Shown: positions 19,763 to 30,106 of the stretch, in pieces
How positions within the stretch are numbered: the first letter of the stretch is position 1
How the letters are laid out: every line of letters begins with the position of its first letter
DNA from: an uncultured Candidatus Actinomarina sp.
GTDB taxonomy: Bacteria > Actinomycetota > Acidimicrobiia > Actinomarinales > Actinomarinaceae
Direction: 5' to 3'
Assembly: GCA_902533795.1 (NCBI GenBank)
Contig: CACAND010000001.1
Location: 90,499-154,498, forward strand
DNA length: 64,000 nt
Made by a program: the position numbers and the translations under genes
Notes under the pieces: generated by a model
The model's input: the letters and a program-made list of their open reading frames with translations, nothing else
What the model was told of the DNA's origin: nothing
The model's database searches: none

Positions 19763-20764
19763 TTATCTTCTAATTCTCCTTCCTCTTTTTTCATAGTTAG
19801 ATTTTTTACTTTGTTTTTTTTCTGATTGATTATCATTTTCCATGCTGAATCCTGTGACTTTTAGAAATACATCATCCAAAGTAGGCTTATTAGCCGAAAC
19901 AGATTTAACATTTAACTTATTTTCTGTAAATGTTTTCATAAATATTGGGATATGCTCTGCCCCATTCTCAACAGTTATACGAAGCTGCTTCTGATTAACT
20001 TTTGCATTATCAATTAATCTTTTTGCCACTTCCACATTTTCTTCTTTTTCGAAATCAAAAGTTACGACGTCGCCACCTACACTTGCTTTGAGCTCATCAG
20101 ATGTTCCCTCTGTGGCCACTACACCTTTGTCTATTATCAATAACCTATCGGAAAGTTCATCTGCCTCTTCAAGATATTGTGTTGTTAGGATGACAGTGAC
20201 TCCATTATTGTTTAGTCTTTTAATTTCATCCCAAATTACTCTTCTTGATGCTGGATCAAGACCCGTTGTGGGTTCGTCTAAAAATAATACTTCAGGTTCA
20301 TTTACAAGACTAAGACCTAAATCGAGTCTTCTTTTCATTCCCCCAGAGTATGTTTTGACTCTTCTATCTGCTGATTCTGTTAACCCTACTAGTTGAAGAA
20401 GCTCTTCAGTTCTTAAATTTGATTCTTTTTTGTTCAGACCCCAAAGCCTTCCAGTGGTATAAAGCAATTCTCTTGCTGTTAGTAATAAATCAATGCCAGT
20501 ATCTTGTAAAGCTACACCTATCTTTGTTCTTACTTCTTTATCTTGTTTCTCAACATCTAAACCCATAATTGAAGCAGTCCCTTTACTGATGCCCAATAAA
20601 GTTGTAAGCATTAAAATTGTTGTACTTTTTCCAGCTCCATTTGGACCTAGAATACTAAATACCTCACCTTGTTCGACTGAAAACGAGACGCCTTTGACAG
20701 CTTCTACTGATTCTTTTTTTGAAGTAAAAGTTTTATGAAGATCATTAGCTTCGACAGCTTTCAA
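19763..20764 (-). CDS. ABC exporter ATP-binding protein (DrrA-like)
   Basis: GPNGAGKST, YSGGMKRRLDL, DEPTTGLDP, TTQYLEEAD. Confidence 0.92.
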   Translation of the reverse strand: MKAVEANDLHKTFTSKKESVEAVKGVSFSVEQGEVFSILGPNGAGKSTTILMLTTLLGISKGTASIMGLDVEKQDKEVRTKIGVALQDTGIDLLLTARELLYTTGRLWGLNKKESNLRTEELLQLVGLTESADRRVKTYSGGMKRRLDLGLSLVNEPEVLFLDEPTTGLDPASRRVIWDEIKRLNNNGVTVILTTQYLEEADELSDRLLIIDKGVVATEGTSDELKASVGGDVVTFDFEKEENVEVAKRLIDNAKVNQKQLRITVENGAEHIPIFMKTFTENKLNVKSVSANKPTLDDVFLKVTGFSMENDNQSEKKQSKKSNYEKRGRRIRR

Positions 20765-20819
20765 CTTTTAACTTTCATAGAATTCATTATATGAAATAAT
20801 ACTTAAGTCTGCTATTAAT

Positions 20820-20892
20820 GGCCGCGTAGCTCAGGGGATAGAGCACAGGTTTCCTAAACCTGGTGTCGCAGGTTCGAATCCTGCCGTGGCCG
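20820..20892 (+). tRNA. tRNA-Arg(CCT), CCA not encoded
   Basis: GGCCGCG/CGTGGCC acceptor stem, anticodon arm CAGGT-TTCCTAA-ACCTG, GGTTCGAATCC T-arm. Confidence 0.96.
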
Positions 20893-20900
20893 CAAGAAAG

Positions 20901-21098
20901 CTACTTTAGATTTTCTGCTGAACTTTTACCGTTATTTTCAACAATTTCAAATTCAAGTTCTTGACCTTCATCAAGATCTTCCATTCCTGAATCTTTTACT
21001 GCTGAAATGTGTACGAAGACATCTTTATCGCCTTCTTCAGGTTCAATAAAACCATAACCTTTAGTTTTGTTAAACCATTTAACTTTACCTTTTGGCAT
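20901..21098 (-). CDS. cspA: Cold-shock protein
   Basis: [13 protein letters not shown] (RNP1), DVFVHISA (RNP2). Confidence 0.95.
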   Translation of the reverse strand: MPKGKVKWFNKTKGYGFIEPEEGDKDVFVHISAVKDSGMEDLDEGQELEFEIVENNGKSSAENLK

Positions 21099-21169
21099 TT
21101 GCTTCCTTTTCTTATCTATCTTTACGACACAGTAACAGTAACGTTGTTATTTTTTTAGTGTGATTATTT

Positions 21170-23263
21170 TTAAAAAATACTTTTTTGAGAACCTGAATTC
21201 AAATAATTTTGTGCATATATGCCTGCTAGAGATACTGACTTTATTTCAAGCCAAGTAAATGGGTTAGGGACTTCATTTCTAACATAACGTAAGAAAGTTT
21301 CAATGGCCTGTTTATGGCCTTTACCATCAGAAAATACTTTACTTTTATCGTCTGAACCAATTAAATATCTCATGAGTTGAAAATCTTCAACAATAAAGGA
21401 ATTATCACTTCCATGAATCTCCAATCTTTCTTTAGATAAATTGTTATTGGTATCTGAAAAGTATTGAACAGCAGCATGTGCACCATTTGCATAATTTATA
21501 TTGATAAAAACTTGGTTATCGTGAGCCTCATCTAATTCTTTATCAATTGGAGAATGAGAAGATATGTTCTGTGGTAATGAATCAAAAAAATAAGTTCCGA
21601 GATCAATAGCATGGATAGCTTCACCTACAATTCTTCCTCCTCCAATTTCCTTAATGTTTGTCCAGTGGTCTCTTTCAAGTTTTGGGACACTAAATCTAAA
21701 ATTTAATGCGTTGGCTGGTGAACCATTTAATTTTTCTTTTATAAACTGAGATGCGTTGCTGAATCTTCTATTAAAACCAAGAAAAATTTTGGGATCTTCC
21801 GCGTTGTACATTGCTTCTTCAATTCTGGTTATATCGTCAACTTTTAAGGCAAGTGGTTTCTCTACATAAACAGCTTTGCCAGAGTTTATTGATTTGATCA
21901 CTAAATCGGCATGATTGAAATGTTGGGTCAAAACAAATACAGCATCTATTTCATCAGATTCAAATATCTCATCTTCAGTTTGGTATTTGTTTTTAATTTT
22001 GAAGTTTTTTGCTAATGCTTCAGAACTTAATCCACCTGATGAGGCAACCCCTAAGATCTGACAAGATTTTTTTAAATCTTTCAAAATAGGAATTATTGTT
22101 GTAGATGCAAAATTTCCTGCACCAATTAGCCCAATTTTTATTTTTTTATTATTTTCAGGGATGAGTTCATTTTTCTCAAATTGAATTTTCGGTTGAGTTT
22201 TAATATCATATCTGAGCAAAACTGACAGGGGTTTTTCTTCAGAATTAAATGAACTGTAAATATCTGGAGATTCTGTAAATTCAACTTCCTTCGTAATTAA
22301 ATCTTGAATACTGATTTGATCCTGTGACAAGAGTTTTAAAAATGCTTCGAAATTTCTATTTTCTGTCCACCTAACATACTCTATAGGGTAATCATTGCCA
22401 AGGACCTCATACTGCTTATCATATCTTCCAGGCCCATAGGACTTTGATACAACAAGCTCAAGTTCTTTGTAATAAAACTCATTTCTAGAAATATTTAATG
22501 GAATATCGCCCACAACTACAATTTTTGCCTTATTCCTCGCAATTTTTGTTGCGGCCTCGATTGGTTCGTTACTGTCTGAAGCAGCAGTAATAATTACCGA
22601 ATCTACTTCATCAATTGGTAAATCATTAATTGAGGCAAAATAGTTTTTATTATCTCCTCTCCTCAGTTGGTCAGGATCTATACCAAAAACTTCTGACCCT
22701 TGTGCTTCACCTAGCCTGCAAACTAATTGACCAACAATACCCAAGCCTACAACTACAATTCTTGAACCTAATGATGTTTCTGACAAGCGCAAACCATGTA
22801 AAGCGATACTTCCTAAAACTGTATAAGCTGCTTCTTTATCGCTCGTTGCAGAAGGTATTCTTGAACATAAGTTTTGATTTACAACAACATATTCTGCATG
22901 ATTGCCATTCGATACAACCATGTCGCCTACATGGAAATTTTTTACACCTTCGCCAATTTCAACAACTTTTCCACATGAACTATAGCCAAGCTGAATTGGA
23001 AGAATATTTTTGGGAAATACAGCATTCCATACAGCCCTAACACCCTCTTTTTCAAGGAGCTCAAGTCCTTTTTCAATATTTGATGAATTTTGTATTTTTT
23101 TTGCTACAGACTTATTTGCAGACTCAATTGTTGCAGTCTCAGTTCCTGTTGAAACAACTGAATAATGATTTTGAATTAATACCTCACCAGGTCCCGGCTT
23201 TGGTACAGGAGTTTCCCATAAGATTGGTTCAGGATTATTTTTTTCAACAACTAACTGTTTCAT
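21170..23263 (-). CDS. Bi-domain oxidoreductase (MDR/ADH-like plus Gfo/Idh/MocA)
   Basis: STGTE, LGYSSCG, GLGIVG, SYGPGRYD, IGAGNFA, VEKPLA, GFNRRF. Confidence 0.88.
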   Translation of the reverse strand: MKQLVVEKNNPEPILWETPVPKPGPGEVLIQNHYSVVSTGTETATIESANKSVAKKIQNSSNIEKGLELLEKEGVRAVWNAVFPKNILPIQLGYSSCGKVVEIGEGVKNFHVGDMVVSNGNHAEYVVVNQNLCSRIPSATSDKEAAYTVLGSIALHGLRLSETSLGSRIVVVGLGIVGQLVCRLGEAQGSEVFGIDPDQLRRGDNKNYFASINDLPIDEVDSVIITAASDSNEPIEAATKIARNKAKIVVVGDIPLNISRNEFYYKELELVVSKSYGPGRYDKQYEVLGNDYPIEYVRWTENRNFEAFLKLLSQDQISIQDLITKEVEFTESPDIYSSFNSEEKPLSVLLRYDIKTQPKIQFEKNELIPENNKKIKIGLIGAGNFASTTIIPILKDLKKSCQILGVASSGGLSSEALAKNFKIKNKYQTEDEIFESDEIDAVFVLTQHFNHADLVIKSINSGKAVYVEKPLALKVDDITRIEEAMYNAEDPKIFLGFNRRFSNASQFIKEKLNGSPANALNFRFSVPKLERDHWTNIKEIGGGRIVGEAIHAIDLGTYFFDSLPQNISSHSPIDKELDEAHDNQVFININYANGAHAAVQYFSDTNNNLSKERLEIHGSDNSFIVEDFQLMRYLIGSDDKSKVFSDGKGHKQAIETFLRYVRNEVPNPFTWLEIKSVSLAGIYAQNYLNSGSQKSIF

Positions 23264-23288
23264 TTAACCTCTCAAGAATTAATGATAA

Positions 23289-23945
23289 CTATATTATCTC
23301 GCTTATTAGGGGTGAGGTTAGATTTAATAATTCACCTGAAGGTGTTTCTATTTTCAATGATCCATCATCATTTATATCTTTAGCCCAACCCCTTCCGTCT
23401 GGGTATTCAACAAGCTTTCCTAAAGTAGTAAGTTTTAATTTATAATTTTCAAGACTGAAGTCTTCTTTTGTTATATAGTCCATTACTTTTTTTGCCCATT
23501 CTTCAGCATCAAGAAAAATTTGCTGTTCATCTTGTTTTTCTTCATACAAGCTTCCTGCGCCTGGGATTAGAGGATTGTTCCAAAAATAATTAATTCCTAA
23601 ACCTATACAAATCAAATCATTGTTTTCTTCTACAAGCACTCCTCCAACCTTATCTTCATTTAAAGTTATATCGTTTGGCCACTTTAATTTTAGGTCTTCA
23701 ATTTGATGTAGGGAAACAAATGAATAACCTGCTAATAAAGGGACCAGAGTCTTTTTAAAATTAACAATTTCTTTGTTAAAAGCTAATGAAGCAGCCAAAC
23801 TTTGATCTGCATTTTCCCATTTATTTTTATTTGTACCCCGACCTGCGGTTTGAGCTTTACTAACAATAAGCAAAGGTTCATCTTTAAACTCATTTATTGC
23901 ATAATCTTGAGTATTTTCAATTTCATCAAAAAAAATAGACTTCAT
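23289..23945 (-). CDS. birA: Biotin--protein ligase without a DNA-binding domain
   Basis: QTAGRG, LKWPNDI, KVGGVLVE. Confidence 0.9.
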   Translation of the reverse strand: MKSIFFDEIENTQDYAINEFKDEPLLIVSKAQTAGRGTNKNKWENADQSLAASLAFNKEIVNFKKTLVPLLAGYSFVSLHQIEDLKLKWPNDITLNEDKVGGVLVEENNDLICIGLGINYFWNNPLIPGAGSLYEEKQDEQQIFLDAEEWAKKVMDYITKEDFSLENYKLKLTTLGKLVEYPDGRGWAKDINDDGSLKIETPSGELLNLTSPLISEII

Positions 23946-24004
23946 AGTGTTACTTCTTTACATATACATAGGTCAAATATATAGGTTTAATAATAATAAG
24001 AAAG

Positions 24005-25498
24005 TTGGGCATGTCGGAAGAAAATTTAGCTAGCTTACGTAATGAGAAAGCAAAAAAAATTCAGCATCCTAAAGGCAAATTAACTGCATATGAAAGGATT
24101 CATCTTCTATTAGATGAGGGTTCATTTTCTGAAATTGATGAAAATGTTGTATCAGAAGAAAATCCCGAGGGCGAAGCGGTAGTAACAGGATCTGGAACAA
24201 TTCATGGGAGACCTGTTTTTGTTTTCTCAGAAGACTTTTCTGTAATGGGTGGAAGCCTTGGGGAAATAGTTGCAAAAAAAATTCTAAGAATAATGGATTT
24301 AGCTCTTGAAGCAAAGGCTCCAGTAATTGGAATCAAAGATTCAGGTGGTGCAAGAATTCAAGAAGGTATTTCATCTCTATACGGTTATGCTCAGATTTTC
24401 AGAAAAAATGTCGAAGCATCTGGAAAAATTCCTCAAATATCTGTAATTGTTGGTCCGTCAGCTGGCGGAGCCGTTTACAGTCCAGCCTTAACGGATTTTA
24501 TTTTTCAGGTAAAAGATATAGGACAACTATACGTAACTGGTCCTAATGTTGTAAAAACAGTGACCGGAGAAGAAGTAAGTTATGAAGAACTTGGAGGTGT
24601 CGAAGCACATGGGACCCAATCCGGAGTAAGTCATCAGGTATGTGAAACAGAAGAACAAGCTTTTGAAGAAGTAAGATACCTTCTTAGTTTTTTTCCACAG
24701 TCATCAGACCAAAAGCCCCCAACTTTCATAACTGAAGATGACCCATTAAGAAATGTAGACTCTTTAGAAACCTTAATTCCAGAACACAGAAACCAACCGT
24801 ACGATATGAATGAAGTAATTAATTCTATTGTTGATGATGGAGAACAGTACCCAGTACATGCAAACTATGCACTAAATATCATTACTTCATTTGTAAGAAT
24901 AAATGGAAATACTATTGGCGTCATTGCAAATCAACCTATGGAGCTTGCAGGAGTATTAGATATTAATTCATCTATAAAGGCCTCAAGATTTGTTAGATTC
25001 TGTGATGCATTTAATATTCCTCTTTTAACACTCGTTGATGTACCAGGATTCTTGCCTGGTGTTGAGCAAGAACATGGAGGAATTATTAGAAGCGGGGCAA
25101 AACTTCTTTATGCTTATTCAGAAGCCACTGTTCCAAGAGTTTGTGTAGTTATACGTAAAGCATATGGAGGTGCTTACATTGTTATGGATTCGATGGGTTT
25201 AGGGGCAGATAAACTTTTTGCCTGGCCTACTGCAGAGATTGCTGTAATGGGTGCTGAGGGTGCTGTAGATGTCATTCATAGAAAAGAATTAAAAGACAGT
25301 AATAACCCTGAAGAGCTTAAGAAGAAATTTGTTCATGAATACAATGAGAAATTTAGCAATCCTGACAGTGCAGCAAAACTTGGATTAGTAGATAAAATAA
25401 TAAAACCCAATGAAACAAGAAAAATTGTTAGTGAAGCATTCAAAGAATTAGTTAATAAAACAAACGTAGGAGATAAACATGGAAACATTCCCCTCTAA
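24005..25498 (+). CDS. Acyl-CoA carboxylase carboxyltransferase subunit (PccB/AccD type)
   Basis: SGGARIQEG, GGAVYSPA, DVPGFLPG, RKAYGGAY, KHGNIPL. Confidence 0.93.
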   Translation: MGMSEENLASLRNEKAKKIQHPKGKLTAYERIHLLLDEGSFSEIDENVVSEENPEGEAVVTGSGTIHGRPVFVFSEDFSVMGGSLGEIVAKKILRIMDLALEAKAPVIGIKDSGGARIQEGISSLYGYAQIFRKNVEASGKIPQISVIVGPSAGGAVYSPALTDFIFQVKDIGQLYVTGPNVVKTVTGEEVSYEELGGVEAHGTQSGVSHQVCETEEQAFEEVRYLLSFFPQSSDQKPPTFITEDDPLRNVDSLETLIPEHRNQPYDMNEVINSIVDDGEQYPVHANYALNIITSFVRINGNTIGVIANQPMELAGVLDINSSIKASRFVRFCDAFNIPLLTLVDVPGFLPGVEQEHGGIIRSGAKLLYAYSEATVPRVCVVIRKAYGGAYIVMDSMGLGADKLFAWPTAEIAVMGAEGAVDVIHRKELKDSNNPEELKKKFVHEYNEKFSNPDSAAKLGLVDKIIKPNETRKIVSEAFKELVNKTNVGDKHGNIPL

Positions 25499-26018
25499 AA
25501 ATATATCTATTTCTTGGGTTGAAAAAGGCTCTTTGCTTAGAAACCTATCATTATCTTTTGGCTTTGCAATATTAACTGCTTTAAGTGCACAAATAAGATT
25601 TGAGCTTCCATTTACTCCTGTTCCAATAACAGCTCAGACATTTGTAGTTATTTTGTCAGGCTTGCTTCTTGGAAGTAAATTTGGTTCATTAAGTATGATT
25701 TTTTATTTATTTACAGGTCTTGCAGGTTTTCCTTTTTTCTCAGGCAGTGTTGCTGGATTAGCTATTTTAAAAAGTCCAACAATTGGTTATATTATTGGTT
25801 TCTTTATTGCTGCCCAAATAATAGGAAGTATGTCGCAAAAACCAACAATAGGTATAGCAGCAGGAACACTCGCAATATATACGTGTGGTGTAATTGGTTT
25901 AATGATTACATTAAATATATCGCCAATTGAAGCAATTGGAATTGGTGTTTATCCATTTATTATTGGAGATCTGATTAAAGCAAGTCTGGCAATAGGAATT
26001 GCACAAAAATTAAAATAA
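25479..26018 (+). CDS. bioY: Biotin transporter BioY
   Basis: PFTPVPITAQT, PTIGYIIGF, PFIIGDLIK. Confidence 0.92.
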   Translation: METFPSKNISISWVEKGSLLRNLSLSFGFAILTALSAQIRFELPFTPVPITAQTFVVILSGLLLGSKFGSLSMIFYLFTGLAGFPFFSGSVAGLAILKSPTIGYIIGFFIAAQIIGSMSQKPTIGIAAGTLAIYTCGVIGLMITLNISPIEAIGIGVYPFIIGDLIKASLAIGIAQKLK

Positions 26019-26025
26019 ATTATTT

Positions 26026-27714
26026 ATGACAAAAAAAAGAGTACTAATTGCTAATCGTGGTGAAATTGCACTAAGAATTATCCGATCAGTAAAAGAAATG
26101 GACATGCATGCGATTGCTGTTTACTCAGATATTGATAGTGACTCTTTGCATGTAAAACGAGCTGATGAATCATTTTATTTAGGCGGATCTCTTCCAGCTG
26201 ACAGTTATAGGAACTTAAAAAATTTGATGAAGGCTGTTGTAGAAACAAAAGCAGATATGGTTCATCCAGGATATGGCTTTTTGGCAGAAAATGCAGATTT
26301 TGCAAAAGCAGTTCAAAAAAAAGATGTAATTTGGATTGGACCCAACCCAGAAACAATAAAATCAATGGGAGACAAAATAGAATCTAGAAAATTAATCTCA
26401 AAGGTTGGTTTAATGCCTGTTCCAGGACAATTGAAACCATCACGAACTAAAAGAGAAGCCTTGAAAGATGCAAATAGTTTTGGCTATCCAGTTGCCCTGA
26501 AAGCTGCTCACGGAGGTGGTGGGAAGGGGTTAAGAATTGTCAGCAATGAAAAAGAATTAAATGAAAATTTTGAAATTGTAAAACGTGAAAGTGAAGCATA
26601 TTTTGGATCAGATCAAATTTACGTCGAAAAGTTTATAAAACCAGCAAGACATGTAGAGACACAAATATTAAGTGATAAGTACGGAAATCATATCTATTTA
26701 GGTGAAAGAGATTGTTCTCTACAGAGAAGGAATCAAAAACTTATCGAAGAAAGTCCTCCTATATGGTTGTCTGACTTCGGCCGAGAGGAATTAAAAAAAG
26801 CAACGATTAAGATTGCTGAGTCATCAAATTATATTAACGCAGGAACTGTAGAATTTTTAGCTGATAATGACGAAAATTTTTATTTTTTAGAAATGAATAC
26901 AAGATTACAAGTTGAGCATACTGTTACAGAAATGAGATATGGTATTGATCTGGTCAAAGAGCAAATTAAAGTGGCGCTTGGTAATTCTTTAGAAGATTTC
27001 AAAACTGAAGCTAGGGGTCACAGCATAGAATTTAGAATAAATGCAGAAGATCCGACCAATAATTTTATGCCAACTCCAGGAACCATTACTGAATATAGAG
27101 AACCTATGGGGAACGGTGTAAGAGTCGATGGTTGGGTAAAGACTGGTACATCAATATCACATTTTTATGACAATCTAATTTCAAAATTAGTTGTATGGGG
27201 AGTTTCTAGAGAAGAAGCAATTTCAAAAGGTAAGAGATGTTTAGATGAATATATAATTGGAGGGATACCAACAACAATATCTCTGCTTTCCGATGTTATA
27301 TCTACTAAAGAATTCAAAGAAAGCCAGATTCATGTTAAATTTTTGGAAGAAAATTTTGAAATTAAAGATGTTTCTGAAGATGAGATATTTACTGATAGAC
27401 CAAGCAAGGTCAATATATCTCTTAACGATAATGACAGTCCATCATTAGCTCCACAAAGACCAAAGAAAATCGGTATGGATCTAACTGGAAATATAAGAAA
27501 TCCTGGAATCATAAAAGCAGATATGCAAGGAACAATTATGGACACCATGACAAAGAAAGGTAAAAAGGTTAAAAAAGGTGATTCATTGTTCGTTCTTGAA
27601 GCTATGAAAATGGAAAATGTAGTAACTGCCCCTATTGGTGGTGTTATCAAAGAATTCAATATAAAAAAAGGACAGCCTGTAAATAAGGGCGATATATTGG
27701 TTGAAATAGGATAG
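26026..27714 (+). CDS. Biotin carboxylase/biotin carboxyl carrier fusion (acyl-CoA carboxylase alpha)
   Basis: ANRGEIA, HPGYGFLAEN, EMNTRLQVEH, biotinylation site EAMKM. Confidence 0.95.
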   Translation: MTKKRVLIANRGEIALRIIRSVKEMDMHAIAVYSDIDSDSLHVKRADESFYLGGSLPADSYRNLKNLMKAVVETKADMVHPGYGFLAENADFAKAVQKKDVIWIGPNPETIKSMGDKIESRKLISKVGLMPVPGQLKPSRTKREALKDANSFGYPVALKAAHGGGGKGLRIVSNEKELNENFEIVKRESEAYFGSDQIYVEKFIKPARHVETQILSDKYGNHIYLGERDCSLQRRNQKLIEESPPIWLSDFGREELKKATIKIAESSNYINAGTVEFLADNDENFYFLEMNTRLQVEHTVTEMRYGIDLVKEQIKVALGNSLEDFKTEARGHSIEFRINAEDPTNNFMPTPGTITEYREPMGNGVRVDGWVKTGTSISHFYDNLISKLVVWGVSREEAISKGKRCLDEYIIGGIPTTISLLSDVISTKEFKESQIHVKFLEENFEIKDVSEDEIFTDRPSKVNISLNDNDSPSLAPQRPKKIGMDLTGNIRNPGIIKADMQGTIMDTMTKKGKKVKKGDSLFVLEAMKMENVVTAPIGGVIKEFNIKKGQPVNKGDILVEIG

Positions 27715-27716
27715 AT

Positions 27717-28094
27717 ATGAGTATTTATGGAATTGGAGTAGACCAAGTTGATCTTAAAAGGGTAAAAAGATTGTTAAATAAGTCTGAAGATAAATTCTTA
27801 AAAAGATGTTTTACTGAACAAGAAATTAAGTATGCTAAAAGATTTTCAGATCCATCAAAAAGATTAGGAGCAAGATTCGCAGCAAAAGAAGCGGTAATGA
27901 AATCTCTAGGAAAAGGATGGAGAGAAATAAGTTGGAAAGATATAGAAGTTACGGGCGGAGGTAAGCCAACAATTAATACTTTTGGTAGAGCGTCAGCTAC
28001 TGTAAAGGAAAAGAATATAACAAATATTCATATATCACTATCACATGAAAATGAAAATGCAATTGCATTTGCCATCTCCGAAAAAGAGAATTAA
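27717..28094 (+). CDS. acpS: Holo-ACP synthase
   Basis: GIGVD, RFAAKEAVMKSLG, ISLSH. Confidence 0.93.
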   Translation: MSIYGIGVDQVDLKRVKRLLNKSEDKFLKRCFTEQEIKYAKRFSDPSKRLGARFAAKEAVMKSLGKGWREISWKDIEVTGGGKPTINTFGRASATVKEKNITNIHISLSHENENAIAFAISEKEN

Positions 28095-28096
28095 TT

Positions 28097-29002
28097 ATGC
28101 GGTGGGTGGGAATGTTTCCAGGTCAAGGCTCTCAAGAAATAGGAATGGGTAATGAGCTTCTTGAAAAGTATGATGAACTATTAATAAATACTTTCGAAGA
28201 AACGTTGGGATGGAGCCTAAAAGATATCATAAATTCTGAAGAGCCTGAGCTCATTAAAAAAACAAATATTGCTCAACCTTACATATTCTCAGTCTCTTAT
28301 TGTTACGGAATTGAAACAATAAATAATTTAGGCAATCCAGCTGCACTAATTGGACATTCTCTTGGTGAATATACAGCTTTATGCCTATCAGGATATTTAG
28401 ATTTTAAAGATACATTAAAAGTTATTGCAGTAAGAGGGGAAGAGATGCAGAAAGCAGTAGAAAACTCTAATACAACAATGGCAGCTGTTTTAACAAGTGA
28501 CCTGGAAACAACAATTGAAGAAATAGAAAAATTAAATAATCAAGGAATAAAAATATGGATATCAAATTTTAATGATCCTTCACAAATAGTTATTAGTTCA
28601 TACATTGATGATATGAACTACCTAAAGTCAAACCCCAAAGCACTTGGTGCAAAAAGAGTAATTCCGCTCGAAGTAGCAGGTGCATTTCATACTGAAATTG
28701 TAAGCTCTGCAAAAAAACCACTTGAAGATACTTTAAATGAAATTGATATCTCCAAAGGAAACATCCCTGTTTATATGAACGTTGATGCAAAAAAGGTTGA
28801 AGTATCAACTTTGAAAGAAAATCTTGTGAATCAAATAGATAGTTCTGTCTTATTTAACCAACAAATTGAGTATGTAAACAAGGATATAGATCCAGATTTG
28901 TGGTGTCATATTGGGCCCGGAAATGTAACTGCTGGAATGGTCAGAAAGTCTATATCATATAAGGATTTAAAGGTAATAAACTCTTTAGAATCATCAAAGT
29001 AA
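28097..29002 (+). CDS. fabD: Malonyl-CoA:ACP transacylase
   Basis: FPGQGSQ, GHSLGEY, GAFH. Confidence 0.95.
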   Translation: MRWVGMFPGQGSQEIGMGNELLEKYDELLINTFEETLGWSLKDIINSEEPELIKKTNIAQPYIFSVSYCYGIETINNLGNPAALIGHSLGEYTALCLSGYLDFKDTLKVIAVRGEEMQKAVENSNTTMAAVLTSDLETTIEEIEKLNNQGIKIWISNFNDPSQIVISSYIDDMNYLKSNPKALGAKRVIPLEVAGAFHTEIVSSAKKPLEDTLNEIDISKGNIPVYMNVDAKKVEVSTLKENLVNQIDSSVLFNQQIEYVNKDIDPDLWCHIGPGNVTAGMVRKSISYKDLKVINSLESSK

Positions 29003-29011
29003 GGGGAAATT

Positions 29012-30106
29012 TTGAAATCAGCAATAACAGGTTGGGGTAAATGTACGCCCGATAACATTATGACTAATGATGATTTGTCAAAATTTGTTGATACTTCTGA
29101 TGAATGGATTCAACAAAGAACAGGGGTAAAAGAACGAAGATTTAGCCATGTAAACACATCAGATATGGCAGAAATTGCCGGTAAACATGCAATAGCCTGT
29201 GCTGGTTTAAATCCAGAAGATATTGATGTTGTAATCTTGGCTACATGTACTCCTGACAGTATTGTTCCCTCTGCAGCAGCACACGTTCAAAAAAAACTTG
29301 GTGCTGTAAATGCCTCAGTTTATGACGTAAATGCGGCTTGTGCAGGTTTTCTATATGCACTTGAACAAGGAAAAGCATTCGTTGAAAGTAATCTTTATAA
29401 AAGAGCTTTGGTAATAGGGGCAGAGCATATTACTTGGTTACTTGATTGGTCTGATAGAAATACCGCGGTGCTTTTTGGTGATGGTGCAGGTGCAGTAGTT
29501 ATTGAAGAAAGTAAAAGTGAATCAGATGGTGAAATTTATTCGTTCTCAAATGGCCTAAGTTCAGACAATTTAGAAATCTTAGAAATTCCTAATTTTGGTT
29601 CAGCAATGGATCGATTTAAAACTGATGAAGCAGCTAGAGTACGGTGGACTTTTGATGGACAGGAAATATTTAAATCTGGTGTTAGAGCTATGGCACAAGC
29701 GTCTGCAGAAGCTATTGAAAAATCAGGATTATCAAAAGACGATGTAGACATTTTTATTCCACATCAAGCAAATATCAGGATCGTTGAAGCACTTGAAAAA
29801 AAACTTGGACTTCCTAATGCAACTACAATCAAAAAAGTTCATCGATACGGAAATACCTCGGCAGCATCAATACCAACAGCATTTGTAGATGCTCTTGAGG
29901 AAGGTGAGATAAAAGGTGGAGAAATTGCAGTATTTACGGCCGTCGGCGCTGGTCTTGCTTGGGGAGCTTGTGCGGTTCGACTAGGAGATCGTGTAACTCC
30001 AATAAATAAATCAGATGCAAAACTTCCAGATTTTGATGGAACTGCAACCGACACAATTAAAAAAGCAATCGAGTATCAAGTTCCAGACAAATTAGACAAA
30101 ATATGA
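29012..30106 (+). CDS. fabH: Beta-ketoacyl-ACP synthase III
   Basis: NAACAGF, FGDGAGA, PHQANIRI, GNTSAAS. Confidence 0.95.
   Translation: MKSAITGWGKCTPDNIMTNDDLSKFVDTSDEWIQQRTGVKERRFSHVNTSDMAEIAGKHAIACAGLNPEDIDVVILATCTPDSIVPSAAAHVQKKLGAVNASVYDVNAACAGFLYALEQGKAFVESNLYKRALVIGAEHITWLLDWSDRNTAVLFGDGAGAVVIEESKSESDGEIYSFSNGLSSDNLEILEIPNFGSAMDRFKTDEAARVRWTFDGQEIFKSGVRAMAQASAEAIEKSGLSKDDVDIFIPHQANIRIVEALEKKLGLPNATTIKKVHRYGNTSAASIPTAFVDALEEGEIKGGEIAVFTAVGAGLAWGACAVRLGDRVTPINKSDAKLPDFDGTATDTIKKAIEYQVPDKLDKI

Noticed and set aside
18962-20764. Antibiotic resistance determinant (DrrAB)
   Set aside because: Only family-level similarity. The substrate cannot be inferred.
12026-20900. Integrated element at tRNA-Leu or tRNA-Arg
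   Set aside because: No integrase, transposase or duplicated tRNA 3' end was found. The flanking genes are mostly housekeeping.
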